This document shows positions 38,255 through 49,597 of a DNA stretch of 64,000 nt, in pieces (positions within the stretch are counted from its first letter, which is position 1; each line of letters begins with the position of its first letter). Both the position numbers and the translations under genes were made by a program. This stretch comes from Azolla caroliniana (lineage: Eukaryota > Plantae > Polypodiophyta): contig JBHGNT010000013.1 in the NCBI GenBank assembly GCA_043228905.1, positions 16,988,001-17,052,000 on the forward strand. The letters run 5' to 3'. The notes beneath the pieces were generated by a model. It was not told the origin of the DNA. It ran no database searches and was given only the letters and a program-made list of their open reading frames with translations.

Positions 38255-41200
38255 ATGGCGAGTAAGCTGTCTCCTGCTACCCCGAGGTCTAAACTTCAAA
38301 GAGGATCATCAGGGTTAGAGCCAGAGAGAACCCCTCCTTCGACAAAGAGTGTCGGTAGCATGTTTGGTGAGAATAGCCCTAAATCCTCATCAGATCGAAG
38401 GTCTCCACGCCCCATTCTCAATGCCGAGGTTTGTTAAAGTCACTTAGACATCTTCTCTGTATCGTCTCTATTGTATTGGTGTATTTGCCTTCATTTTTTG
38501 TGACCAAACAAATGATTTTATGAGAAGAGAAGAACATTTTTTATATTAAGCTTTGATCTCGTTCTCATTGAAATCGATCTCTTTGCAAACAATGTAGAAA
38601 AGAACCCCTCTGAGTAGAGGAGCGGAGCTGCACCAAGTGCAAGAAGAGCTTGCCAAGACGAAAGAGCAAATGGCTTTAATGGAAAAATCTAAGGCCAATG
38701 TGCTTCAAGACTTAGCTCGATCAAAGAGACAAATTGAAGATTTGTCTGCAAAACTACAAGAAGTGAATGAAGTGTCGAAGTCTGATAAATTAAGAGCTGA
38801 GGAGATAGAGCATGTGAGCTTCAAAGCAGTTGAAGATTGGCAAACAGAGCTACAAAGCATGAAAGAAAGGTATGACATAGCTATGCAAGATTTGCATGCC
38901 AACAAGCAAGCTATGGAGAGCTTGAAACATGAGCTTAATGTTTGCATTGAGGCTAAAGATGAAGCTGTGAGATTGGCTGGAGAGGCCATGAATGCAGCCG
39001 AATTGACAGCCAAAAGAGTGGAGGAGCTTTCGGCTGAGTTGTTAGCTTCTCGAGGTTCGATTATATCCGAGAATGGATTGTCGAAAATGGATGATTTGAT
39101 GCATGATCTCTCATGTGATGCTCGAGATATTCATTCTTTGGAAAGTGATTCGATTCTACTTGATATTAATGATACTGATCTGCACAGATCGGATCAGGAA
39201 ACTGTCCTGGAAAGTTCTGATGCATATAAAAAAGTTGAGATGCAGTTGAAGGATGCAAAAGCAACCATCCAAGATCTAGCACTAGAGCTTGATTCTGTGA
39301 AAGGTGAATGCACCTCCTCTAGTGCTAAATTGAAGAATGCTATTGAGGAAGTTTCAGTGGCAAGATCTGAGGCAGAGACGTTGAAACATGAGCTTGCCAA
39401 AGCTCAAGCTTTTGAATCAGAGCTCAAAGATGCAAAATCTGCTTTAGAAAAGAAGCAGATTGAACTTGATGAGGCGAAATCCCCTCTCACAAAAGTAGTA
39501 GAAGACTCTGGTATTTTACAATCTGAACTAGCTATCCTGAAAAAGGAACTTGATTTAGCTCAAAGCTTTGAAGCTCAACTCAAGGACACAAATTCTACCT
39601 TAGAAAAGCTTCAGTCTGAGCTTTTGGCTTCAAGAGAATTGGAAAATAGCTCTCAATCTCGAATCCATGAGCTAACTTCAATGTTAGTATGCCTTCAAAC
39701 CGAACTTTCTAGTTCTAATGAAGCTGAGAAAGAATCTAAATTGCAACTTATAGACATGAGGGCTATGATGAAGAAGATGAAGGAGGAACTTGAAGCAGTC
39801 GAAGATGCAGAGGAACATGCCCTTAAAGCAGTTCAAAATGGTCATGATCCTAGCTATGGTACTACCAATGGCGATGTAGAGGAAGCTAAGAGAACTGAAT
39901 CTACAGCTGTTGCTTCATTAGCCTTTCAGCTTGAGGAAGCACAGGAAAACCTGGTAAGGATGGCTTCTCAACTTGAGGAAACCAAAAAGAACTTGGTTGA
40001 GGTAACTTCTCAACTTGAGGAAAGACAGAGTAACTTTATCAAGGTGACTTCTCAACTTGAGGAAACACAGGAGAACTTTGTCAAGGTGACTTCTCAGCTT
40101 GAGGAACTACAGAAGAATGTTGTCATTGAATCACAAGAGAATTTGATCAAGGAATTGCGTGAGAAGTTGGTCAAGGTGACCTCTGAACTTGAGGAAACAC
40201 AGGAGAACTTGGTCAAGGTGACTTCTGAGCTCGAGGAAAAACAGAGTGATTTGGTCAAAGTGGCCAGTCAACTTGAGGAAAAACAGGAAGACTTGGTCAA
40301 AATGAGTTCTCAGTTGGAGGGATCACAGGAAAACTTGGTCAAGGTGACTTCTCAACTTGAGGGAACACAGAGAGACTTGATCAAAGTGACTGCTCAGTTT
40401 GAGAGAACAGAGGAGAGCTTGCTTGAGGTAACTTCTCAGCTTGAGCAAAAACAAGGGGATTTGGTGAAGGTGACTGGTCATCTTGAGGGAGCACAGGAGA
40501 ACTTGATGAAGGTGACTTCTCAACTTGAGGAAACAAAGGACAACTTGGTCAAGGTGAGGCAAGAGGGGGCAGGTCTTGTCTCACACGCGGAGTCACTCCA
40601 AGCGAATTTAGAGAGAAACCAACAGCAACTCACAGTTTTGAAAGAGAATGAAACTTGTTTGAAATTGGAGCTTGAAACTTTGACTCTCGAGCTCAGGAAG
40701 GTAACAGAGAGTAAACAAACCGAAGTAGATGATTTGAAAGTTAAATTAGTAGGGCTTGCTTCGGCTATGGCATCCTTGGAAGCGGAATGTGAAAGACAGA
40801 AAATAGATCTCCTTTCATTTGCAGAAAAAGAGTCAATAGCATCTACAAAGACTGCTGAACTTATGGCAGATCTCGAAATCACCCGAAAAGAGGTAGCAGA
40901 GCTTGAAAGAAATGAGTCAATATCAGCAGCAAAGCGGAGTGAACTAGAAGTGGAATTGAAAAATAGCGTCAATGAGCTCTCCATTACTAAAGGGAGAGAG
41001 CTTGAGCTACTCGCTCAGGTCCAAATTCTGTCCACTGAGTTAGGAACAAGCCAAACAGAGGCGAAAACTAGTAAAATAGAGCTTTTGGCAGTGAAGGAAA
41101 GAGAGAGAGAGATGGATTCCAAGATTACTGTGTTGAAGGAGGAGCTACATAACTGTCAGCAAGAGCTTTCAGAGGTGAGAGAAAGAGAAGCGAAGATGAG

Positions 41201-42926
41201 CCGTAGAGTGGATGTTATGGCTACTGAACTTGAGAGCAGTCGTAAAGAACTCTCAAATGCTGAGGAAAAACAGTTGATTACAGACTCTAGAGTTACTGCA
41301 TTGCTAGAAGAGCTTGAAGGCAAAGGATGGGAAGCTTTGGAAGTGAGAAATAGAGCTGATTCAGCAGAAGCAAAAGTTGCTGCCTTGTCGTTAGATCTAG
41401 AGAAAGCTCAGTCTCAACTGATAGAGGTAAAAGAAAGAGAGTCTAGTATGAGTGATAAAGCTTCAGCTTTAAGTATCACTGTAGCTTCACTGGTGAAATC
41501 CAACGAAGAAAAAGCTCTTGAGCTTGAGGAGAGAGTAGTAGCTTCAAAATCAGAGGTCGTTCAACTAAATGCTGAGCTGGAAAGGGTTCAAACACAGCTT
41601 GAAGAAGCCATGGCTATTGCTAAACAAGTAAAGGAAGAAGCAGACACTCTTAGAGCTTCCTTAGAGTTAACAATTGCCGAGAGAGACCATGCGAAAATGA
41701 AAGAAGAGGAGGTGAATGCTCGGAATAAGGAAGATGTGGTATCTGCATGTGCTGAAGCTGAAACTGCAAGAGAGGAAGCTCGTAAAGCGATGGAAAAATC
41801 TCATTTGAGCGATTTAGAGGTTCATAGAAGAACAGAGGAAGTAAGAGCTTTGAAAGAAAGTCTGCAATTGGCTGAAAATGCAATGGAAACAATCAGAGAG
41901 GCACTGAAGACCGCTCAATTAGAGGGAGAAAGGAAGGGTGAAGAATTGGAGAAGGAAAGAAGAGAAGCTGAGGAGGCTAGAAAGCAAGTAGATGTTTTGA
42001 AAGTAGAAATGGCCAATGAGAAGGAGCAAGCTATAGTCGCAGCCAATGAAACTCGGGTGGCTCTGAAGGAGGTTGAAAAACTTAAGGAAGAAGTGAGTAG
42101 AATCAAAATCGATGAAGAAGAGGCCATTGGTGCCTGTAAAGCTACACAAGATAAACTTCAAGATGCATTGCTAGAGCTTGCAACGCTAAAACTTGGTACT
42201 ACGCCAATACAAGATGATTCAAGTAAGCAGCAAAAACTAGAGTTATTAGATGATCTCAAGAGAAAGCTGCGTGAGGCTGAAGAAGCATTAGCCAAATCTG
42301 AAGAAGCATTAACCAAGTCTGAAGCATCAAATTCAAGCGCCGAGAGACTGCAAAGAGAGATAGAGGCCTTAAAATTGGATAAGGAAGCTAGTGACCGATC
42401 TCTAATTGAGGTGCATCAGCTTCTTGCTGAAACTGAGAAGGCTAAAGCAAACATGGAAGCAGAGATACAAAGGCTCCTAGATGATAGCAAGCAATGGCAA
42501 ATGGCAAAAGATGCTGTAGACATTGACATGGTCCAGGTGCCCATTTCCGAGTGCCGAGAAGACAAACCTCAACCGGATTGTGTGGAAGAGGTAGTTGATA
42601 TAACCACAATATCTTCGTCTAATGGTGACCACCATACTGGGGACATGGTGAATGGTAATTCGCCCTCTGCAAGTGCTATTATGGAGGGCATAGAGACTAA
42701 AGATGATGATAAACTGGATATAAGAAGACTAGAACTTGCAAGCTCATCATTGAAGAAGGAAGACGTGGTTGAGAGGGATCAATATGGACATGGTAAAGAT
42801 GAAATGGCCTCTTCTCAAGAGGACCTAGCCTCTAATACCTCCTTGCCCATCAAGAAGAAGAAGAAGACTCTGTTTCTTAGGCTTGGCACCCTCTTGGAGA
42901 AAAAGAAGCATTCTCAGACTCCTTGA
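38255..42926 (+). CDS. Large coiled-coil protein, ICR/RIP- or WEB-family-like (~1500 aa); exons 38255-38428 and 38598-42926, with possible further 5' exons
   Basis: N-terminal SPATPR..DRRSPR..E|KK...ELHQVQEELAKTKEQ and C-terminal basic KKKKKTLFLRLGTLLEKKK resemble plant ICR/WEB-type microtubule-associated coiled-coil proteins. The 4.3-kb exon is open and the GT-AG junction is in frame. Confidence 0.82.
39927..40562 (+). repeat. Coding 42-bp (14-aa) tandem repeat, ~14 units
   Basis: Consensus CAACTTGAGGAAACACAGGAGAACTTGGTCAAGGTGACTTCT = QLEETQENLVKVTS. Confidence 0.95.
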
Positions 42927-42932
42927 ACTTTT

Positions 42933-43014
42933 ACCCTAAACCCGAACCCTACAATTTTAAACCCAAACCCTAAATTTGAACCCTGAATCCCAATCCTAAT
43001 CCTAAAGCCCTAAC
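42933..43014 (+). repeat. Degenerate plant telomere-like (CCCTAAA) tract just after the stop codon
   Basis: CCCTAAA CCCGAA CCCTACAA ... CCCAAA CCCTAAA ... CCCTGAAT CCCAAT CCTAAT CCTAAAG CCCTAA. Confidence 0.7.
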
Positions 43015-46000
43015 TCTACAATCCTGAAAAATCGATGTTGCAACTTTTTTTGAGATGCCATTCATATAGCGCATGGATGAACAAACAGAAAACTTGTATG
43101 CAGTATTATTTCATGCTTTACTAAATGTGCTTCATAGCTATGGTGACAAGGAGTACATACGTATATACTTATATATGTATGTATGCATGTATATTTATTT
43201 ATTTTTGCTATCTTTATTTTCCATTGATTTTTTAGAGTTGTGTTTTTTCTGAGTTTGCAAATGCACTCTAAGGTAAGCACAACATCAGTCTCCATGGAAG
43301 TGTAATTGAGTTGTGAAGTTTCTCACTGCATAAATTAGATTTGTTTAATAAGGCCCAAAAAACTTTGACAATACCTGACTCTATACTAGTGCTTGAATGG
43401 GGTCGTTGAATGGTGTTTCAGGAAATGAAGAAAAATCTCTACCCTAGGGTGCTTGGGTAAATTAATTGAAACTCAAATAAGGACTATGTCGAATTGAGGT
43501 ACTAAAACTGTTTTTGTCAACATGATGGGATGCATCTTTCTGTGATGCTTATTGACAGAATATGGCATTTGGGGTTCACTCTGATTTTAGAATGCCTACT
43601 AATGGAACAATTATTTCCCAACGATAGGCGGACTTTTGACAAGGTGGAGTGGTTGTACTCTAGACTGAAGTATTTAGTTAAGCTGCCAGCTAGAAACTGT
43701 AAAGAAGGAATACCTTACCATTGATTTTACTTCACAATATTTGTTTAATCATGATTCAGTCAATAGTCTCGAGACATGTTTGTTTGATGATTTGAAGGGG
43801 GCGAAGAAACTCTCTTTCTCTTTGGTTGCATTTGCTTTAAATGCAATAGTTTGTGTGAAACTTGTTGCCACTTCAACTTAAGGGGTGGTCACAGCCAAGT
43901 GGAGCAATGCAATGGATTCCGGATCCATCATACACAAGTTCAATCAAGAAATGGTCTGAAAATCCATAATTGCTCATGAAATGGAATAGTTTAATAGAGG
44001 AAGACATGACATAAATTTATTAAACATTTATGTTAATATGGGTATAGAACATTGTGGGTGAATCTCTCCTCTTTAACAATGGGTCATTCTAAGATGGGAA
44101 TCCCAAAATCATCACTTGGTTCTCATGTTATCCTTGGTGACCATAAGCCAATGGCTAGGTCGGTGGCTTCACAACTAATTTTTGGAAGGAAGATGCTCCA
44201 TTGGTGACAACGGAATTGTTAATTGATTTCAAATGTTTTCTATTAAAGTATGAAGATTGGCATGAGACAATATTTCGATTGACTTCAACACTTTTACATA
44301 AAGGTATTACAATGATGTAGGTGTGACTCTTTATAACAAACCTTTAGATCTCCAATTGTCTATAAAAAAAAAGACATTATGTGCAACACGCAACTTCTAA
44401 TGTGTTGCTACCCTTTTTTAGTTTACAATTTTTTTGCATGGTTGTCAAGTTACAAATATATCTAGTATAGCAATATGCATACAAAGTGATACTCGACTCA
44501 TAATGTTTGTAGGTTCTTGATGAGAGATGCAAAGACATTACATATATAGCATGTTGCATAACTATGATAGTATGTCTTATTTGCAAAGGTATCAAAGGAA
44601 TGTTCATATAGGTAACATGTTCACTTTGTTGGAAAACACGAGTATCTAGTTACATTTAGCATACAATCCAATTAAGTAAAAACGCAATTGTTTTTTTGGC
44701 TTCAAAGATAACTTTTATTGCAAATATTCAAATTAAGCTCCTGAGAGTAATAGATTTATGTCGTAAATGTTAGAGTGATAGTAGTAACAAGACATTCCAC
44801 ACTAAAGCACAATGTGGGAGCATTTCCCATCACATCCATGAGTTGAATCTAAAGTGTTGGATCTTCTGATAAGTAAAAGAATGGCTTCCACTTTCTAAAG
44901 CCCAAGGGTTAGAAATGATTATAGTGTTTCTATGTTATGTGTGTTCACTCATGACTAGTGGAGGACAATCAAAACAATTTTTGTGTTTGTGAATAAAGCT
45001 TTTGAGCTTCAATGCATGAATGTAGCGCATCACTCCATTGTAAATTCTACTTGTCATCTAGTGATTCGTACACCATCCATGATGTCTACGATGAGTTTTA
45101 GGACTATTTTGAGCAACAATAGACAAGCGTGGGCATTTATTGATTTTGCATGGACTACATTTAGTTAATGTAAGAATTACACGCGTATATCAAAATGCTC
45201 ATGGGGAGAGACCATTCGTAAGCTTTGTTATTCTATTATTTATATTGTCAATCTACCTAGCACCTACCTAGAAAAAGGACATTCATAAGAGACGAAATTA
45301 TGTCAATAATTTATCTTAGTTGTTCCTAAACCATATCGTCGAGAGAGGTAGCATTGAACTTTGCCTTTGGTTATTATATTATGTAAAAGTGTCATTACAT
45401 TGTGCATCATCATTTGGACAAAAGAAGTCTTCCTATGGGCATAAAGGAATGCCCATCGAAATTGTATTGTAAAGAGGCATCAAATATCAATATTTCATAT
45501 ATGACTTCCTGTATTTGAAACATTTGTTGCATATCATATATAATGACCTATAAATACAAAAAAATGTTATGGATCCTTTCTTATCTAGTCCTTTCAGAAA
45601 ACTACACAGAGAAACACCTTGACTTCCTATAAGCTATTGTCGTGGCTTTAGGTTGTTAATAAACAGATGTTAATGTTTTTGCTCAACACAAAATCTCAAG
45701 ACATACAATGATTTATTATTTGTAGGTTCTACTCATGTAATGTGTAAAGTGAACACTCCAACGCATTAGTGAAGTTGTAGGAGAGAGAGACAATTGTAGC
45801 ATATTTACTTATTTTGTATTTATTTCTTGTTTGTCGTATTGGTATTTATGAGTCTATTGTTTTGACCAATTATCTTACAATTATGATTTAGGGATTTAAC
45901 GAGTGAGGGTAGATTCACTGCGATACAATGTATTGAAATTATTCAATGGCTAGTATTTAGTTGTTGTCTATCAAACTAAAACGTGTCTTATCCCTCTTGT

Positions 46001-46498
46001 ACATGTAAGCTATGCAAGTAGTCATTGTAGTATTAGTTGAATTTGGTCCCAATCAATAGTCAAAATGGTTAGTTCAAAGGCAAGAGGTTGATCGTTATGA
46101 TACAATAAGTTGTTTGTAACAACCACTTGACTACTCAATATATTATTGGCACACAAAAGATACAAAAAAATTGTACATAGGTCTCCATCGTTTGTCCATA
46201 TCACCAAATGAGTTCAATTGAGATAATAGATGGGTCAACAACTACCACCATTATAATTTGTAGCTATTCTTTACAATGTATTGACGTTTCAATAATTTAA
46301 CAAGCTCATTCTAATGCGTGTTTACAATAAAACATATGATCCTTGTTCCATTCAAACATGCAACTCTTTTTGTTTGGTTGTATACCCAAAGTTCCTCACA
46401 TGCTGTCACATTTACATGAGCAACTAGGAGCTAAGTCTAGACATGCATGCATGAGAGAGTTTTGGGTAGTGTTAGAGCTAGCTACTAATGTAAGCATA

Positions 46499-48538
46499 TG
46501 ATAAAGATAATATAGATAGAAAAATAAGAGAGGAGAGAGAAAGAAGGTTGTCGATCCACCTGACCACCCCTGAGCGAAGGGATCGAGACGGACTCGAGCC
46601 TCGATCAACGTCCCATACCACTGTCGTGGTGTCGAGTTGTACCTGGTGTTGACGCGCTCACTACAAAGAGTTGACCCACCACAAGGATGGAGTCTCGACG
46701 TAGTCGATAAGGTATCAAATGAGGGTAGCTAGGCCTCGTATTTATAGCCAAACCTAAGGCCCCCAAGCAAGTTCACACTTGGCCTAATGGGTTGTCCCAA
46801 TCCCAAGGATTAAAAGTAATCCTTCCTTTCTTTACACTCTTGTTTAACCCTCACATTCTATCCACATGTATAGAATACTATGGTCAAATTATATGGTCAT
46901 ACCCATAACATACTCCCCCTCTTTAAAACATTGCACTTTTGCAATGGAAAGTTAGGGAAGTTAGTTCTAAGAGTATTTTCACATTCCCATGTGGCATCTT
47001 TAATAGACTTATCCATCCATTTAATTTTAAATTCTCAAATTATTTTATAACGTAAATGTTTTGTTTTAACATCGAGAATTCTTTATGGTACATGTGGTTT
47101 AGAAGATAATTCTTCAGAAGTAAGCAAAGTTATAGTTGTAATTGCATTGTCTCTAGAACCAACAAGTTCTTTTAGACGACTAACATGAAAAACTGGATGG
47201 ATTTCAATGCCATTGGGAAGAGCGAGGCGATAGGTTGATGAACCAATGCGTTTGAGATTGTAAAAGGTCCACAAAACCAAGGGGCTAACTTAGCGCACTT
47301 ACCCGTAGACAATGTCTTAGAATTGTGAGGTACACGTAAAAATACCTTCTGTCTAGGGTTGAATACATGATGTTGCCTATTATGATCGGCATAAAAATGC
47401 GCTCTATCTTGAGCTGTTTTTATATTATCTCGTGCAATATGCAACATATCTTGCATATCTCGAAGAAAGTTTTGCGTACTTTGCAACTCATCATGATGTA
47501 TATTAACATTAATCGGGGCTTGTGGCTGAAAACCATACATCAACATAAAAGGACTATATCGCGTCGATGTATGCTTGGAGCTGTTATAAGCAAACTCCAA
47601 AATTGGGAGATAACATTCCCATTTTGTTGGTTTTGCACCAACGTATGCTTGAAGCATGTCCTCAATCATTTGATTTACTCGTTCTATTTGTCCATCAGAT
47701 TGAGGATGATCCGTGGAGCTCATGCTCAATGTAGTTTCTAACTTCTTAAAGACTTGCGTCCAAAAGTCGTTAGTAAACTTTAGATCTCGATCACTCATGG
47801 TATCCATCGGTAACCCATAAAAATGAAATAACTCATCAATGAATTGGTAAACCAATTCAGGAGCTATTATTGTGGTTTTCGTAGCAATGAACCTAGCCAT
47901 TTTAGTTAGTCTATCAAACACAACCTAGATGGCATCATGACCATTTTGGGTGTGAGGAAGGCTAACAATAAAATCCACGGAATCTATACTATCCCACTTA
48001 TTGTTGGGAAATTCTAAGGGTTGTAAAAGTCTGGCGGCTTTAAGTCGCTTGACTTTGTTAACCTGACACTGGTGATATTTTGTCACATAGTTATGTATGT
48101 CATGACACATCTTAGGCCAATAGAATTGAGTGGAGATGAGAACGAGTGTAGGATGTATTCCAGGGTGCCTTGTTGAGGGTGCATCATGGCACTGAAAGAG
48201 AATTCTCTTTTTGACCTCAGGCAAATCTGGAATACAAACCTTCCCATTACAGTAGATCAGGCCGTTTGCAATGTGGAAGGGTAGTGAGCGCGTCAGTACC
48301 AAGTACGACTAGATGTAGTCGATAAGGTATCAAATGAGGGTAGCTAGGCCTCATATTTATAGCCAGACCTAAGCCCCCCCCAGGCAAGTTCACACTTGGC
48401 CTAAGTTGTCCCAATCCCAAGGATTAAAAGTAATCCTTCCCTTCTTTACACTCTCATTTGACCCTCACACTCTATCCACGTGTATAGAATACTACGATAA
48501 AACTTACCACGGGATATTATATGGTCATGCTTGTAACA
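46499..48538 (-). mobile_element. Internally deleted Ty3/Gypsy chromovirus: truncated 5' LTR (~48312-48538), integrase and chromodomain remnant, PPT, 3' LTR (~46499-46910)
   Basis: Two similar LTR copies starting TGTTA on the minus strand, and a polypurine tract AAAGAGGGGGAGTA abutting the 3' LTR. gag, PR, RT and RNase H are absent. The outer end of the 3' LTR is approximate and no TSD is evident. Confidence 0.92.
46940..48280 (-). pseudogene. Disrupted Gypsy integrase with C-terminal chromodomain
   Basis: H2C2 finger (CHDAP..HPG..FYWP..CQ), core VDFI..LP, SDRDLKFT, HPQSDGQIERVNQ, EFAYNSS, GPF..YRLALP..IHPVFHVSRLK, chromodomain KIKW....DATWE. In-frame TAG at 47925 and a frameshift near 47265. 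Confidence 0.92.
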
Positions 48539-48888
48539 AGTAGGATGTATGTAGTGAGTGGATGGACACATAAGTAATATACATCAATTAACACCCATAA
48601 AATCAATGATTATTTCGCCTTCAAAATGGATCAAGAGATGTAGACAATGTGTACAAGCAACAAAATTTTGTTTAATTCTTATAATGTATTGAGCGAGCTA
48701 CTGGCATCGAGTGGTGAATAACATTGCTATATAAGCACACACTTTGGAGGTGATGGTGGTGGGGTGTCGAGCGCTTGAAAGGCTTTGGGTAAAGGCCAAC
48801 CCTATGAAGACTGTTGTGTAGTGTGGTGAACTTGCTAATTTATTGAAATATCAATTACATTGCAACGAACAACCTGCAATTTATAATG

Positions 48889-49376
48889 TTGGCAACTGTC
48901 CACCCATCTATTATCTTAGTCAAGCCCATTTCGTGACACAGACAAATGATGGAGGCCTACATACACTAAGGGATTGATAAAGCCATGGTTTATTTTATAT
49001 CCTTAGTGTGCCTAGGCAGACAGATGATGAGAACAATTGGAGACGCTTCGCATTTGTGGGATTTGAACGAGGAGCAGTCAACCCAAGTGTGAAACCAAAC
49101 GTGCTGTTCTTCTTCTATCATTCTACCACCCATTGGCAACTGTCCACACATCTATTATCTCAGTTGAGCCCATTTGGTGATATGGACAAATAATGGAGGC
49201 CTATGTACACAAAGGCATGGTTTGTTTTGTATCCTTAATGTGCCAAGGCCAGGCAGAGTACAATGGGAGACGGCTCGCATTCGGGGGATCGATCAAGGAG
49301 CAGCGAGCCCAAGTGCGAAACCGGACATGCTCTTAAAACTTCTTCTTCTTCGATCATTCTTCAATCATTCTACCCA
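48889..49376. repeat. Tandem duplication, 2 x ~244 bp, upstream of PWP1
   Basis: TTGGCAACTGTCCAC.CATCTATTATCT...GACAAAT.ATGGAGGCCTA...CATGGTTT.TTTT.TATCCTTA.TGTGCC...GGAGCAG...CCCAAGTG.GAAACC at 48889 and 49133. Confidence 0.9.
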
Positions 49377-49471
49377 TTCATTCATTCATTCATTCCCACA
49401 CCAAAATCTATAGCAGCAAAATTTAGAACACACCAGAAAGTATAGTATGTATGTATCACAATCCTCTGCAC

Positions 49472-49547
49472 TAGGGTTTTAGGGTTTCACTCTACAGTAG
49501 CTGCATCAGTCATAGAAGTAGAGGATTGTGATAGGGTTTTAGGGTTT
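49472..49547 (+). promoter_or_regulatory. Telo-box pairs (TAGGGTTT) upstream of PWP1
   Basis: TAGGGTTTTAGGGTTTCACTC occurs twice (49472 and 49532). Telo-boxes are known from plant ribosome-biogenesis and translation gene promoters. Confidence 0.7.
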
Positions 49548-49597
49548 CACTCGACGACGACGACTGAGGGCTGAGGACAACTTGAAGGAAAGAAAGG

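Noticed and set aside
38705-42161. Antisense ORFs within the coiled-coil gene
   Set aside because: Shadow ORFs from the codon bias of the Glu/Lys/Leu-rich sense frame.
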